Part shown: in pieces, positions 7,856-17,763 of the stretch
How positions within the stretch are numbered: the first letter of the stretch is position 1
How the letters are laid out: the number at the start of each line of letters is the position of its first letter
Source of the DNA: Patescibacteria group bacterium
Lineage (GTDB): Bacteria; Patescibacteriota; Patescibacteriia; UBA1558; GWA2-36-10
DNA length: 64,000 nucleotides
Assembly (NCBI GenBank): GCA_041662585.1
Contig: JBAZSG010000006.1
Location: forward strand, 4,155-68,154
Direction: 5' to 3'
Notes under the pieces: generated by a model
What the model was told of the DNA's origin: nothing
The model's database searches: none
Seen by the model: the letters and a program-made list of their open reading frames with translations, nothing else
Made by a program: the position numbers and the translations under genes

Positions 7856-10800
7856 ATGAGTTTAATAAAAAAACTTTTTGTGTTTTCCTTGGTAATTACC
7901 ACTGTCCTATCATTTAATCCTTTTAATGTTAAGGCAGCCGGTAGTTATGGAGCAGGATCACTTCTTGCTCTACAAGGCGTACAAGGTTCAGCCGTTTATT
8001 ATATTGGTTCAGATGGAATGAAATATGTCTTCCCTGATTCAAAAACATATGCTACTTGGTATGACAATTTTAACGATGTTGTTAGAGTTGACGTAGCTGA
8101 GTTAGACATGTATCCAGACGGCGGAGCTATGACTTATCGTGCTGGTACCAAATTGGTAACTCACGAAAACACAGCCAAAATTTATGCCGTAGGTCCTGGT
8201 GGATTACTTCACTGGATTCCTACAGCAGAAATAGCTGAAGATTTATATGGAGCAAACTGGGCATCTAGAGTACTAGACGTAATTCCAGGATACTTCTCTT
8301 CAAGCTATGTTTCAGGCGCTGATTTATCTGATATGTATCCAAGTGGTACATTATTGCAAATGGGCGAAAACATGTACTATGTAGATGGTACAAGTGTAAG
8401 ACCTTTTGCTGATGCTGATGCCTTTGAAGCAAACAACTTTGCTTATGGTAACTTAATCACAGTTACTAGCGTTTCAGCTTATACATCAGGTACATCAATC
8501 ACTGGTGAAGAGACTGCCCTATCTGGCTTTATGCCAGCTGAAGGCAGTGGTCCAGTTGTCTCAGGTGGCAACTTGACAGTAGCTATTGCTAGTGGCACTC
8601 CAGCCTCTGGAATGGTTGTAGGTGGTGCAGCTCGCGTACCATTTACCAAATTAGCTTTGACTACTGGTAGTCAAGGTGTAACCATTGATACAATGGTTGT
8701 ACAAAGAGGCGGAATTGGTCAAGATGGTGCTTTTGATAGTATCGATATTTTAGATGGTACTACAATGCTTCCATATGATGCCAATTCAAAAACCTTCAAT
8801 TCAAATCACCAAGCTACATTTACCAAAGATTTGGTAATTCCAGCTAATACCACTAAGTATGTTTACTTAGCTGCTAATATGGTTTCTCAGACTACTATTG
8901 GTACTTCTTATGCTGGAGAAGCTCCAGCTCTAGGATTAGCAGCCGTTACTTTAGTTGGAAGTGGTTCAGTAGGCGGTTCATTACCAGTTTATGGTAATAC
9001 TCAAACCTTAAATGGAACCATTGCTATTGGTACCGTTGGAATCCAAAGAGGTTCTTATGGAAATGCCACTTCAACTTCAATTGAAGTTGGTAAAACTGAT
9101 TACACTTTCTTCTCATTTCAAGTAAATCCTTCTTCTGTAGAAGATGTAACTTTCAACCAAGTAGCTGTTTACCAAGAAGGTACAGCAGTATTGGGTGATG
9201 ACATCACCAACATTGAACTGTTAAAAGATGGTGTGAAGGTTGCTGATGGTGTTGTCGATGGTAAGTACGTTACTTTTAGTGGTATTAATACTGTTATTCC
9301 AAAAGGACAAACTTATCAATATGCAGTTAGAGCTGATGTTGACGGCGGTTCACTTAGAACAGTAGACTTGGGTATATATCGCACTACCGATTTATTGGTA
9401 ACTGGTAATACTTATGGTTATAACATCACTCCAAGTTATAGTGGAGCTGGTTCATCATATACTAGTTCTTCAGTTTATAACAAACCAGTATTAAGTGATA
9501 ATCAATTTACCATGTCAAATGGTACTTTGACTGTTGAAAGAGGTAATATAGTTGGTTCTGAAAACATTACCCTTGGTAATGATCAAACATTAGGATCATT
9601 CAAATTCACTGTAAAAGGCGAAGAAATTGATGTTACTGCTTTGACTTTGACAATAGCTTCTTCTGCAACCGCTACTATTGAAGATGCTTTGGCTGGTGTA
9701 AAATTAGTTGATAGCAACGGTACTACCGTAGCTGGTCCAACTGATGTTACCAACAATGCACTTACAGTTGCCTTTACTGACACATTTACTTTACCAGTTG
9801 GTGAAAGTGAATATAAAGTAGTAGGTAATATTGCTAACAATGGTGGTTGGGCAGCTAATGATACTATTTATGCTAGCATCAGTACTCCAGCAACAGCTAT
9901 TACAGCCACTGGTGTTATTACTGGCAATAGTATTACTTCTGGTACAGCCACAGCTATTAATACAAATACCCAGACAGTTAAAGCTGCTTCTTTGACCGTA
10001 ACCAAAGATACCCTACCAACTACAAGCACCGTTATCGCTGGTGCTCAAGATGTAGTATTGGGTTCTTGGACATTTGATACTACAAATTCAGGAGAAGATA
10101 TCAGAATTACATCTTTGGTATTTGCTGCTTCTTCAACAGATGCTACTAACCTAACTGTATATAATGGCGTTTATGGTAGTGGTGGAGTTGCAATGAGCCC
10201 AATTAATTCTGCTCCAACAGTTGCTGATGGTGCTTCTTCAACCTTTGCTTTTGATGAACCAATAGTTATTACCAAGAAGACAAGTAAAACTATCCAATTG
10301 GTAGGTGATATCAATAGTAGTGCTACTACTGGACAAAGTGCTCAATTTGGTTTGACCGATGTAACAGCAGCTACCAACGCTTCAGTTGTAGCTTATGGTG
10401 TAACTACTGGAAATAGAGCTACATTATCTCTTACTGCTGATAATGGTGCTACACTTACTTATTCAGCCGCTGGCGCTGTTACTGTAAGTACATACAACAA
10501 TCCATCAAATGCTATTGCTAGAGCAGGTGCTACTGGCGTTACATTTGGCAGTGTCAAGCTAGATGCTCTATATGAAAATCTAGATTTAGACCAATTGATT
10601 GTTTATGTTGCTGACGGTGCTTTGACTGGTACAGCTACTGGTAATTATGCTGATGTCAACAAAGTATACATTTATGATGGTACTACTTTGTTAGCTTCAA
10701 ATGCTATCCCATCAACTGGTTTGTATACATTCAACTTTGACAATGGTACTTTGACTGTCCCTGTAGACGGTTCAAAGACTTTGACAATCAAAGCTGACTT

Positions 10801-11623
10801 GAGTACTATCAGTCAAGTAAACGATGTACCAGGTACTCCAGCTGCCGACATTGCCTTTGGCTTTGGTGGTACAGATGGATTTAAGTTTACCGGTACTTCT
10901 TCAAATACCACAGCTACAGAGACCTACAATGGTTCTACATCTTCAGCTATGATATTGCATAAAGCATTACCAACTGTTACCGTTGCTCAAAGTAGTGCTG
11001 CTTTAGGTGCTGCTACTACAATGGCTAACGGTGCTTCAGACTTGTATGCTTTCAAAGTCACTGCTGATGCAGCAGGTAGTGAAGTATTACTATACAGAGC
11101 TACATTTGAAATCGCTACTGGTGGTGGCGCAACCGTTACAGTTACCAACTGTTATCTAAAGGATAGTGATGGTAATACTGTAGGTGCTGCTGCTACTCCA
11201 ACTGATGTTGATGGTGCTCCATCTTATGTATCATATGTATTCAACAATCCTGACATCTCAGCTGGTAATACCAAAGAAGCCTTGATGGTTGCTGCTGGTT
11301 CTAGCGAGACTTATAAGTTGAATTGTACTTTAGCTAACGCTGCTTCAGGAGATAATATAGCTGTTGCCTTAGTAGGTGACGTTGCTTCTTCTACTCTAGC
11401 TGCTAGCTTTGGCACCCCATCTGCTACTGGTCAAAACAATGCAGATGCTTGGGCCGCTGTAGACAAAGGAAACTTTGTATGGTCAGATAACTTCAAGAAC
11501 CGTGGCCTAGCCACAGACGGTGCTAATGCTACTGCCTGGGGACAATGGTACAATGGTTACTTGGTATCTGGTCTAGGTACAAGTGGTACTACTACTGCTT
11601 ATACAATTGGTTGGTCAAGCTAA
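7856..11623 (+). CDS. large secreted Thr/Ser/Ala/Gly-rich cell-surface protein (S-layer-like) with signal peptide
   Basis: 1255 aa; signal peptide (MSLIKKLFVFSLVITTVLSFNPFNVKAAG); three N-terminal ~55-aa repeats (YYIGSDGMKYVFPD.. / IYAVGPGGLLHWIP.. / MYYVDGTSVRPFAD..) then long beta-rich T/S/A/G/V/N segments with almost no Cys/His/Met. Codon usage visibly differs from neighbours (GGT/GCT/ACT-rich). Confidence 0.6.
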   Translation: MSLIKKLFVFSLVITTVLSFNPFNVKAAGSYGAGSLLALQGVQGSAVYYIGSDGMKYVFPDSKTYATWYDNFNDVVRVDVAELDMYPDGGAMTYRAGTKLVTHENTAKIYAVGPGGLLHWIPTAEIAEDLYGANWASRVLDVIPGYFSSSYVSGADLSDMYPSGTLLQMGENMYYVDGTSVRPFADADAFEANNFAYGNLITVTSVSAYTSGTSITGEETALSGFMPAEGSGPVVSGGNLTVAIASGTPASGMVVGGAARVPFTKLALTTGSQGVTIDTMVVQRGGIGQDGAFDSIDILDGTTMLPYDANSKTFNSNHQATFTKDLVIPANTTKYVYLAANMVSQTTIGTSYAGEAPALGLAAVTLVGSGSVGGSLPVYGNTQTLNGTIAIGTVGIQRGSYGNATSTSIEVGKTDYTFFSFQVNPSSVEDVTFNQVAVYQEGTAVLGDDITNIELLKDGVKVADGVVDGKYVTFSGINTVIPKGQTYQYAVRADVDGGSLRTVDLGIYRTTDLLVTGNTYGYNITPSYSGAGSSYTSSSVYNKPVLSDNQFTMSNGTLTVERGNIVGSENITLGNDQTLGSFKFTVKGEEIDVTALTLTIASSATATIEDALAGVKLVDSNGTTVAGPTDVTNNALTVAFTDTFTLPVGESEYKVVGNIANNGGWAANDTIYASISTPATAITATGVITGNSITSGTATAINTNTQTVKAASLTVTKDTLPTTSTVIAGAQDVVLGSWTFDTTNSGEDIRITSLVFAASSTDATNLTVYNGVYGSGGVAMSPINSAPTVADGASSTFAFDEPIVITKKTSKTIQLVGDINSSATTGQSAQFGLTDVTAATNASVVAYGVTTGNRATLSLTADNGATLTYSAAGAVTVSTYNNPSNAIARAGATGVTFGSVKLDALYENLDLDQLIVYVADGALTGTATGNYADVNKVYIYDGTTLLASNAIPSTGLYTFNFDNGTLTVPVDGSKTLTIKADLSTISQVNDVPGTPAADIAFGFGGTDGFKFTGTSSNTTATETYNGSTSSAMILHKALPTVTVAQSSAALGAATTMANGASDLYAFKVTADAAGSEVLLYRATFEIATGGGATVTVTNCYLKDSDGNTVGAAATPTDVDGAPSYVSYVFNNPDISAGNTKEALMVAAGSSETYKLNCTLANAASGDNIAVALVGDVASSTLAASFGTPSATGQNNADAWAAVDKGNFVWSDNFKNRGLATDGANATAWGQWYNGYLVSGLGTSGTTTAYTIGWSS

Positions 11624-11670
11624 ATAATTCTTATTTAGTGAGATTAATTAATTCAAAGATATACAGAAAC

Positions 11671-11699
11671 ACACCTCTCCCCATTTTGGGGAGGGGTGT
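11671..11699 (+). terminator. GC-rich hairpin after the S-layer-like gene (ACACCTCTCCCC-ATTTT-GGGGAGGGGTGT)
   Basis: 12-bp stem (one G-U) with 5-nt loop, 48 bp after the stop; no clean T-run on the + strand. Confidence 0.45.
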
Positions 11700-11762
11700 T
11701 GTCAAAAACAAGTAAATATAATAGAATTAGCTAGTAATTTTATAGATTAAATTTTTAATACA

Positions 11763-12449
11763 ATGAAAAAAACATACCAAAATTTGATTATTGGAGGCTT
11801 AATATTGTTGGTTATAGCTTTTATATTTGCTTGGACAGCATATTTTAAACAAAACTCAACAAAAATTATAATCCCTGATATAAGCAAAATTTATACTATA
11901 GAAGATTTTTCAGACTCTAGTTTAGACGAAGAGAGTTTACAAAACCTTATCAAGCGTTTAAATAATGATCAAAAATATTTAAGAGAAGGCACCTATGAAA
12001 GCGAAGTACAACGTTATGATATTTGGGTGGATATTGCCAATTTAAAATTTGCTTTAGAAGATTATGATAGTGCAGTAGAGATATGGGAATACGCTATTAC
12101 TTTAAATAATTCAAATCCATTGGCCTTCGCCAATTTGGCCAATTATTATAAATCATTTGCCAATGATTATGAAAAAGCAGCTTATTATTATGATCAAGCT
12201 ATTCAAAAAGATAACGTTGGTTATTATTTTGATTATGAAGCCTATGCAGAATTATATATAAGGTATTTGCCAGAAGATCCACATAGAGTAGAAATTATTA
12301 TGCTTGATGGTGTAGCTAAAGCAGTTGGGAATACTAAATTAAATTTTTATTTGTTTCTTTATAATTATTGGAATGAAAAAGGAGATTCAAATAAGACAGC
12401 ACAATATAAAGATGAAATTTTAAAAATAGACGCTAATTATCAATTTTAA
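11763..12449 (+). CDS. membrane-anchored TPR-repeat protein
   Basis: 228 aa; N-terminal TM (LIIGGLILLVIAFIFAWTAYF); TPR-like repeats (WEYAITLNNSNPLAFANLANYY.., AAYYYDQAIQKD..); first gene of a three-gene operon. Confidence 0.5.
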   Translation: MKKTYQNLIIGGLILLVIAFIFAWTAYFKQNSTKIIIPDISKIYTIEDFSDSSLDEESLQNLIKRLNNDQKYLREGTYESEVQRYDIWVDIANLKFALEDYDSAVEIWEYAITLNNSNPLAFANLANYYKSFANDYEKAAYYYDQAIQKDNVGYYFDYEAYAELYIRYLPEDPHRVEIIMLDGVAKAVGNTKLNFYLFLYNYWNEKGDSNKTAQYKDEILKIDANYQF

Positions 12450-12451
12450 TT

Positions 12452-14737
12452 ATGGAAGTGTTAAAAAAAGTTTTGAATAAAGCAATTTGGTTGTTGATTA
12501 TAGGCGCTTTAGTGGTTCCACTTTATGTTGATAGTGATTTTTTCTTTCCTTATATTTTTAGCAAGACATTAGCCTTTAGAATAATAATAGAAATATTATT
12601 ATTGCTATGGTTAATTTATATATTTATAAAGAAAAATAAAATTAATATTGATTGGTTGACAATCACATTTTTTGTGATGTTGGTTTTTATGTATGTTTCG
12701 TCCATTTTTGGGCACAATTTTTCTTTGAGCTTTTGGAGTACAATAGAAAGAGGAGAGGGATTGTTGCTTTGGACGCATTTATTTTTTTATTTTTTTATAT
12801 TACACAATTTTATTCAAGAAAAAAAACAATGGTTGTTGTTGTTTGATGTATTCTTTATTATTGCGCAAGTAGTAGCTGTGGTTGGACTATTGCAGTATGC
12901 TGGAGTAGACTTTATCAATCACTCAGGAGTAGCTGAAGAGCGCATAGCTTCGACTATAGGCAATGCAGCGTATCTAGCTGGTTATTTATTGTTTGCTTTT
13001 TTTATTGGTTTATATTTGATGTTTAAACGTCAAAATATTTGGTTGAGCTTGTATTATTCTATAGCGATTTTGATAGATATTTTTATCGTAATTCAGACTG
13101 GCACTAGGGGAGCATTTTTGGCCTTTATTATTAGTATTTTATTATTTGTTGTATATAATATTTTTAAACTGGCCAATAAAAAAATTAAGTATTATGTATT
13201 ATTTTTAGGTATTTTATTTATTATTTTTTTGGCATTAGTTTTTACTAATAAAGATAGTAGTTTTATACAAAACAACTTACCTTTACGTAGAATAGTTAGC
13301 ATTTCTTTAGAAGAACGTACAGCTCAGACTCGTTTTATGGCCTGGGAGTCTGCTTGGCAAGGATTTAAAGACAGGTCTATTTTGGGACACGGGCAAGAGC
13401 ATTACGCAGTGGTTTTTAATAAATATTTTAATCCAGAAATATATTCTCATGTTGGTTCCAGAATTTGGTTTGATAGAGCACACAATATTTTCTTGGATCA
13501 TTTGGTGACAGGTGGATTAATAGGCTTTATTCTGTATAGTATTTTAATTATTGGACCTATCTGGCTTGTTTTAAAAAAGATATTTGTCAAAAAATCTCAT
13601 GACAATCAGGAAAACGATAATATTTGGGAAAATTTTGCTACACAAATGTTATTTTTGGCAATATTTTCTTTTATATTCCAAGGGCTTTTAGTTTTTGAAG
13701 CACTAGTCACTTATTTGCCTTTATTTTTGATAATCGCTTTTGTGATAAAAGAATATACTGAACCAAAGTTTATAATAGAAAACAGCAAAAAAGTTTTAAT
13801 ATCTTTGATGATATATGCTATTGCTTTTATACCCATAATGTATATTGTGAATATCAAAGAAGCCAAGGCAAATTTGGAGGTGATTGATGCCCTACAATTG
13901 CAATCCATAGATTATAATCAATCAATTGTGGGTTATGAAAAAGTATTGAATTATAATAGTTCTGGTACCAATGAATATCTTCGTCGAATGACAGAATATG
14001 TAGATGGTTTGATAATAAATAGAAATGTCAGTCCTTATGAAGCTACCCAATTTGTAGATATAGTAGATAAAGCATTAGAAAAAAGACTTCAGGAGTTTCC
14101 AGAAGATGTAGCCACTTATTTGTTATTTATGAGACACTACAACTACACTTATGTACTTGATCCAGATAGATTGTACAAAGTTGAAGAATTGGGCAAAAAA
14201 GCTTTGGAATATAGTCCAACTAGACCACAGATATATTATGAATTGGGTTATGCCGATTTGTATTTATATCAGAGAATGATAGAAGATGCTAATACTGATG
14301 AAGCTAAAAAATATCAGGTAGGAACAGTGGACAATTTTCAAAAAGCTATCGATTTAAATAATGATGTGATGGAGTCTTATATCAATATGATTATGGTATT
14401 ATTGACTAGTGATCAGTCAGATAAAGTGCAATCTTATATAGATATTATGGAGAATATGGGCATAGATTATAAAAAAGAGTCATCATTATCTAGAATGGCA
14501 AACTCAGCTTTACATGCTGAAGACTATAAATGGGCTGCTTATTTTAGTGAGTTATTGATAAAAGTAGTGCCAGAAAATCCTGACTATTATATAAATACTG
14601 CCTTAGCTCTAGCATATTTAGGCGATTATGATAGAGCTATTGAAATAGCTGAAGAGATAAAGAATTTTGGTGGGCAATATATTATTCAATCAGAAGAATT
14701 TATTAAAGATATAAAATCAGGAAAATTAACTAAATAA
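12452..14737 (+). CDS. Wzy_C (O-antigen ligase/polymerase-like) polytopic membrane domain fused to a C-terminal TPR domain; candidate O-oligosaccharyltransferase
   Basis: 761 aa; ~450-aa multi-TM N-terminal part with the Wzy_C-like motif 'IQTGTRGAFLAFIISILLF' and a large extracytoplasmic loop containing conserved His; ~300-aa soluble C-terminal TPR region. Confidence 0.6.
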   Translation: MEVLKKVLNKAIWLLIIGALVVPLYVDSDFFFPYIFSKTLAFRIIIEILLLLWLIYIFIKKNKINIDWLTITFFVMLVFMYVSSIFGHNFSLSFWSTIERGEGLLLWTHLFFYFFILHNFIQEKKQWLLLFDVFFIIAQVVAVVGLLQYAGVDFINHSGVAEERIASTIGNAAYLAGYLLFAFFIGLYLMFKRQNIWLSLYYSIAILIDIFIVIQTGTRGAFLAFIISILLFVVYNIFKLANKKIKYYVLFLGILFIIFLALVFTNKDSSFIQNNLPLRRIVSISLEERTAQTRFMAWESAWQGFKDRSILGHGQEHYAVVFNKYFNPEIYSHVGSRIWFDRAHNIFLDHLVTGGLIGFILYSILIIGPIWLVLKKIFVKKSHDNQENDNIWENFATQMLFLAIFSFIFQGLLVFEALVTYLPLFLIIAFVIKEYTEPKFIIENSKKVLISLMIYAIAFIPIMYIVNIKEAKANLEVIDALQLQSIDYNQSIVGYEKVLNYNSSGTNEYLRRMTEYVDGLIINRNVSPYEATQFVDIVDKALEKRLQEFPEDVATYLLFMRHYNYTYVLDPDRLYKVEELGKKALEYSPTRPQIYYELGYADLYLYQRMIEDANTDEAKKYQVGTVDNFQKAIDLNNDVMESYINMIMVLLTSDQSDKVQSYIDIMENMGIDYKKESSLSRMANSALHAEDYKWAAYFSELLIKVVPENPDYYINTALALAYLGDYDRAIEIAEEIKNFGGQYIIQSEEFIKDIKSGKLTK

Positions 14738-17176
14738 ATGTTTTTATTATCAAATAAAGCAGAATCTTATATTGAGAAACTAATAAAAATTATTACACCA
14801 AGTATATTTTTTATTCCTTTAATATTAAATTCAAATTTTTATTTTCCTTTTGTTACACCACGGACATTTTTATTTAGACTGATAGTGACTATTATATTTG
14901 CTTTGTATTTAGTTTTGTTTGTGTTTAGTAAAGAAAAATATAAATCTTTTGGAACTAAAATACTCTTGGCGTATATAAGTTTTGCTTTTATACTTACTTT
15001 ATCTAGTCTTTTTGGTGGTGATTTTTTGTATAGTTTTTGGGAAAATGCAGAGAGAATGGAAGGTTTATTGGGTTTATATTATTTGATAGCCTTTTTTGTT
15101 GTTTTAGTAGGAGTTTATCATCGCAAAAAATCATGGCAATTTTTGCTTTATGTGACTTCTTTTGCTTCTTTTATTATAGCTTATATTGCTCTTTCTCAGG
15201 CTTTGGGCATAGATTTATTACTGGCGTCCTCTGGTGGAGCTAGAGTATCAGCTACTTTGGGCAATCCTACTTATCTGGCTGCTTATGCACTTATTCATAT
15301 GTTTTTGGCAGCTTATCTATTGCTCAAAAATACCAAAAGACGACTTTCTTTTGAATTGATAGGGTTTTATGTCTTGGATTTAATATTAATAATTTTAGAA
15401 ATATTTTCTCGAAATAAAGGAGGAGTAGGTATAATTACTATTATTTTTAGAAATATATATTTGGTGCTTTTATTTTTTGTGCCTCAGCTATTGGTACATT
15501 TAAATTTTTTCTTCCGTCATAGTAAACAAAAATTAGCTCAAATTAGTCGAAAAGCTTATTTTGTGATTTTAATAATATTAAATTTCATTGCTTTATTTAA
15601 TACTCAAACTAGGGGAGCATTGGTGGGTATTTTTGTAGCTTTGTTGACCATAGCTATATTTTTGTTGTTTAGTAAGTATGTACATAAAAAATTAAAATAT
15701 TCAGTAGTCGCTTTATTATTATTTTTTATAATTTTAGTTTCTTCTATATTTGCATTTAAGCAAAGTAGTGTAGTGCAAAACAACAATACCTTGAGAAGAG
15801 TAGCTAGTATTTCTTTGTCTGATGCTACTACCGAGACTAGGTTACTCACTTGGCAAATAAGTATACAGGGTTTTAAAGAAAAACCAATACTTGGTTGGGG
15901 AGAGGATAAATTTTATGTAGTATTTAATAAATATTTTCCAACTGCCATTTTTGAAGACTTTGGTTCACGGGTTTGGTTTGATAGACCACACAATGTATTT
16001 ATCCAACAATTGATACATGGTGGTTTGTTGGGATTATTGGCTTATTTGGCAATATTTTGGTTTGCTTTCAAAAATTTATTTAAGCATTACCAAAAAACCA
16101 AAGACGCAAAGACTATCAGTATTTTTGGTGGACTTATCATCGCCTATATGGTGCAAAACTTTTTTGTTTTTGATAGTCTCAATACCTATATTTTGGTAAT
16201 ATTGATTTTGGCTATTACAGTATTTTTGGGAAATGATAAAAAACCGATAGATACCAAGCAATCAGTGCCTAGTGACAATAAACTTTGGGTAGCTACTGGA
16301 TTGTTTTTATTCATTTTGATTAGCGGATATTATTTAAATATTCCAGCTGCTAAAGCCAACAAAGATTTTGTGGCTATTTATCAGGCTTTGAGAGCTGAGC
16401 CTGCAAATTTACCATTCAACGAAGACCTTAATCAAGAATTAATTGATATAATAAATAGTAATTATTTTGGTAAATTTGAGTTTAGACAAGTATATTCAGA
16501 ATACGCTTATTCTCTTTTACAAGTTCCCGAAGTACCAAATTACAGAAAAGGTAAAACCATGGAACTAGCTGAGGTAGAGCTCTTAAATAGTATAGACGAG
16601 CAGCCAGACAATGTCAGACATCATAGTTTTTTGGCTAATCTTTATTTGGCTGGAGCTAGACTAGATCCAAGTTATGCTCAAAAAAATATCAGATTGGTAG
16701 AAGATAAAGCTTTGATACTCAGCCCTACTAGGACACAACTTTATTATACACTGGGTAGTGCTTATATGACTTTACAAGATAGTGATAAGGCTATAGCCAA
16801 TTTTATCAAAGCCAAAGAATTGTCACCACATGTTTTTGAATCATATCAAAATTTATTTTCAGCTTATTTGAGTACAGATAGAGTAGAAGAAGCCAAACAA
16901 GTCTTGCTTGAAATAGAGGATAATACTCAGCCTTCAGCAGCAAACTATAGTAATTTGGGTCAAATACTCAATTATTTTGGCATGACAGAAGAAGCTGTTA
17001 ATTATATAGAAACAGCTACCTTAACATATCCTCAAGAGAGCAATCTTTTAATTCAGTTGCTAGTTTACTATGATAAGCTAGATGATCAAGTAAAATTGAA
17101 CGAAACATTAGCAAAATTAAAAATACTTGATCCAGCTACAGCTAGTCAAATTGAGATAAATTTAAAAAGTTTATAA
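14738..17176 (+). CDS. second Wzy_C-TPR fusion protein (paralog of 12452..14737)
   Basis: 812 aa; same architecture ('NTQTRGALVGIFVALLTIAIFLL', 'VWFDRPHNVFIQQL' compare 'IWFDRAHNIFLDHL' in the paralog); the start abuts the previous stop. Confidence 0.6.
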   Translation: MFLLSNKAESYIEKLIKIITPSIFFIPLILNSNFYFPFVTPRTFLFRLIVTIIFALYLVLFVFSKEKYKSFGTKILLAYISFAFILTLSSLFGGDFLYSFWENAERMEGLLGLYYLIAFFVVLVGVYHRKKSWQFLLYVTSFASFIIAYIALSQALGIDLLLASSGGARVSATLGNPTYLAAYALIHMFLAAYLLLKNTKRRLSFELIGFYVLDLILIILEIFSRNKGGVGIITIIFRNIYLVLLFFVPQLLVHLNFFFRHSKQKLAQISRKAYFVILIILNFIALFNTQTRGALVGIFVALLTIAIFLLFSKYVHKKLKYSVVALLLFFIILVSSIFAFKQSSVVQNNNTLRRVASISLSDATTETRLLTWQISIQGFKEKPILGWGEDKFYVVFNKYFPTAIFEDFGSRVWFDRPHNVFIQQLIHGGLLGLLAYLAIFWFAFKNLFKHYQKTKDAKTISIFGGLIIAYMVQNFFVFDSLNTYILVILILAITVFLGNDKKPIDTKQSVPSDNKLWVATGLFLFILISGYYLNIPAAKANKDFVAIYQALRAEPANLPFNEDLNQELIDIINSNYFGKFEFRQVYSEYAYSLLQVPEVPNYRKGKTMELAEVELLNSIDEQPDNVRHHSFLANLYLAGARLDPSYAQKNIRLVEDKALILSPTRTQLYYTLGSAYMTLQDSDKAIANFIKAKELSPHVFESYQNLFSAYLSTDRVEEAKQVLLEIEDNTQPSAANYSNLGQILNYFGMTEEAVNYIETATLTYPQESNLLIQLLVYYDKLDDQVKLNETLAKLKILDPATASQIEINLKSL

Positions 17177-17190
17177 AAGACAATAAAAAT

Positions 17191-17228
17191 AACCTCGCAG
17201 GTTTTTAAACCTGCGAGGTTATTTTTTA
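17191..17228. terminator. bidirectional rho-independent terminator (AACCTCGCAGGTTT-TT-AAACCTGCGAGGTT plus T-runs on both strands)
   Basis: 14-bp perfect stem between convergent genes 14738..17176(+) and 17237..17689(-); T/A runs on both sides. Confidence 0.75.
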
Positions 17229-17236
17229 ATCTTAAG

Positions 17237-17689
17237 CTAAGCGGACATTATTAATTTTGATTCTTTTTTGGATATTATTTTTTTATCCCCCAAAATATTC
17301 ACTAGAGTATTTACTTTATTATCGTTTTTATGAATAGTACCCATTATATCTACTCTAAGGTCACTTAATTTGTCATCTAAATAGTCTTTTGTGACCATTG
17401 TAGATTTAATATTTACTATTTGTGACTCCATACCATCCATCCTATTATCCATTTTATCGAAGCGTTGATCTATTTTCTCAAAGCGTTGATCTATTTTCTC
17501 AAAGCGTTGATCTATTTTGCTGAATTGGCCTTCCGTATAATTGGCAAAACTGTTAATTGATTTAGCTAATTCGTCAATATTATTAGTGTTTTGGTCTACT
17601 TTTTGTTCTAAACCTCCTACTTTTTTGTCCAAGCCTTGGATTGCTTGGAGTATTTTTTGATTTGATACTTCGCTTTTCTTCTTTTGCAT
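17237..17689 (-). CDS. hypothetical coiled-coil protein with heptad tandem repeats (FEKIDQR x3)
   Basis: 150 aa, Q/K/D/N-rich, predicted coiled coil; contains a perfect 3x21-bp DNA tandem repeat. Confidence 0.45.
   Translation of the reverse strand: MQKKKSEVSNQKILQAIQGLDKKVGGLEQKVDQNTNNIDELAKSINSFANYTEGQFSKIDQRFEKIDQRFEKIDQRFDKMDNRMDGMESQIVNIKSTMVTKDYLDDKLSDLRVDIMGTIHKNDNKVNTLVNILGDKKIISKKESKLIMSA
17459..17520. repeat. 3 x 21-bp perfect tandem repeat (AAGCGTTGATCTATTTTCTCA) inside CDS 17237..17689
   Basis: Read directly from the sequence at 17461-17520; in frame (7 aa per unit). Confidence 0.85.
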
Positions 17690-17763
17690 AGTATTAATAT
17701 TAATTATTTAGGTCACTATATTATATAATAGTCATTTTAAAGTGTCAATTTTAGCTTATTTTG

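Noticed and set aside
714-9840. Many antisense or overlapping ORFs in the supplied track. Examples are 714..980-, 1555..1899-, 1697..1921-, 1723..1911+, 2534..2782-, 3437..3691-, 5479..5709-, 6660..7184- and 9583..9840-. Later similar ones lie inside the GT, dehydrogenase, chemotaxis, pilus and dnaK/dnaJ genes.
   Set aside because: Each lies wholly inside a longer ORF on the other strand or frame that has clear family motifs. Their translations are low-complexity and are artefacts of AT-rich or compositionally biased DNA.
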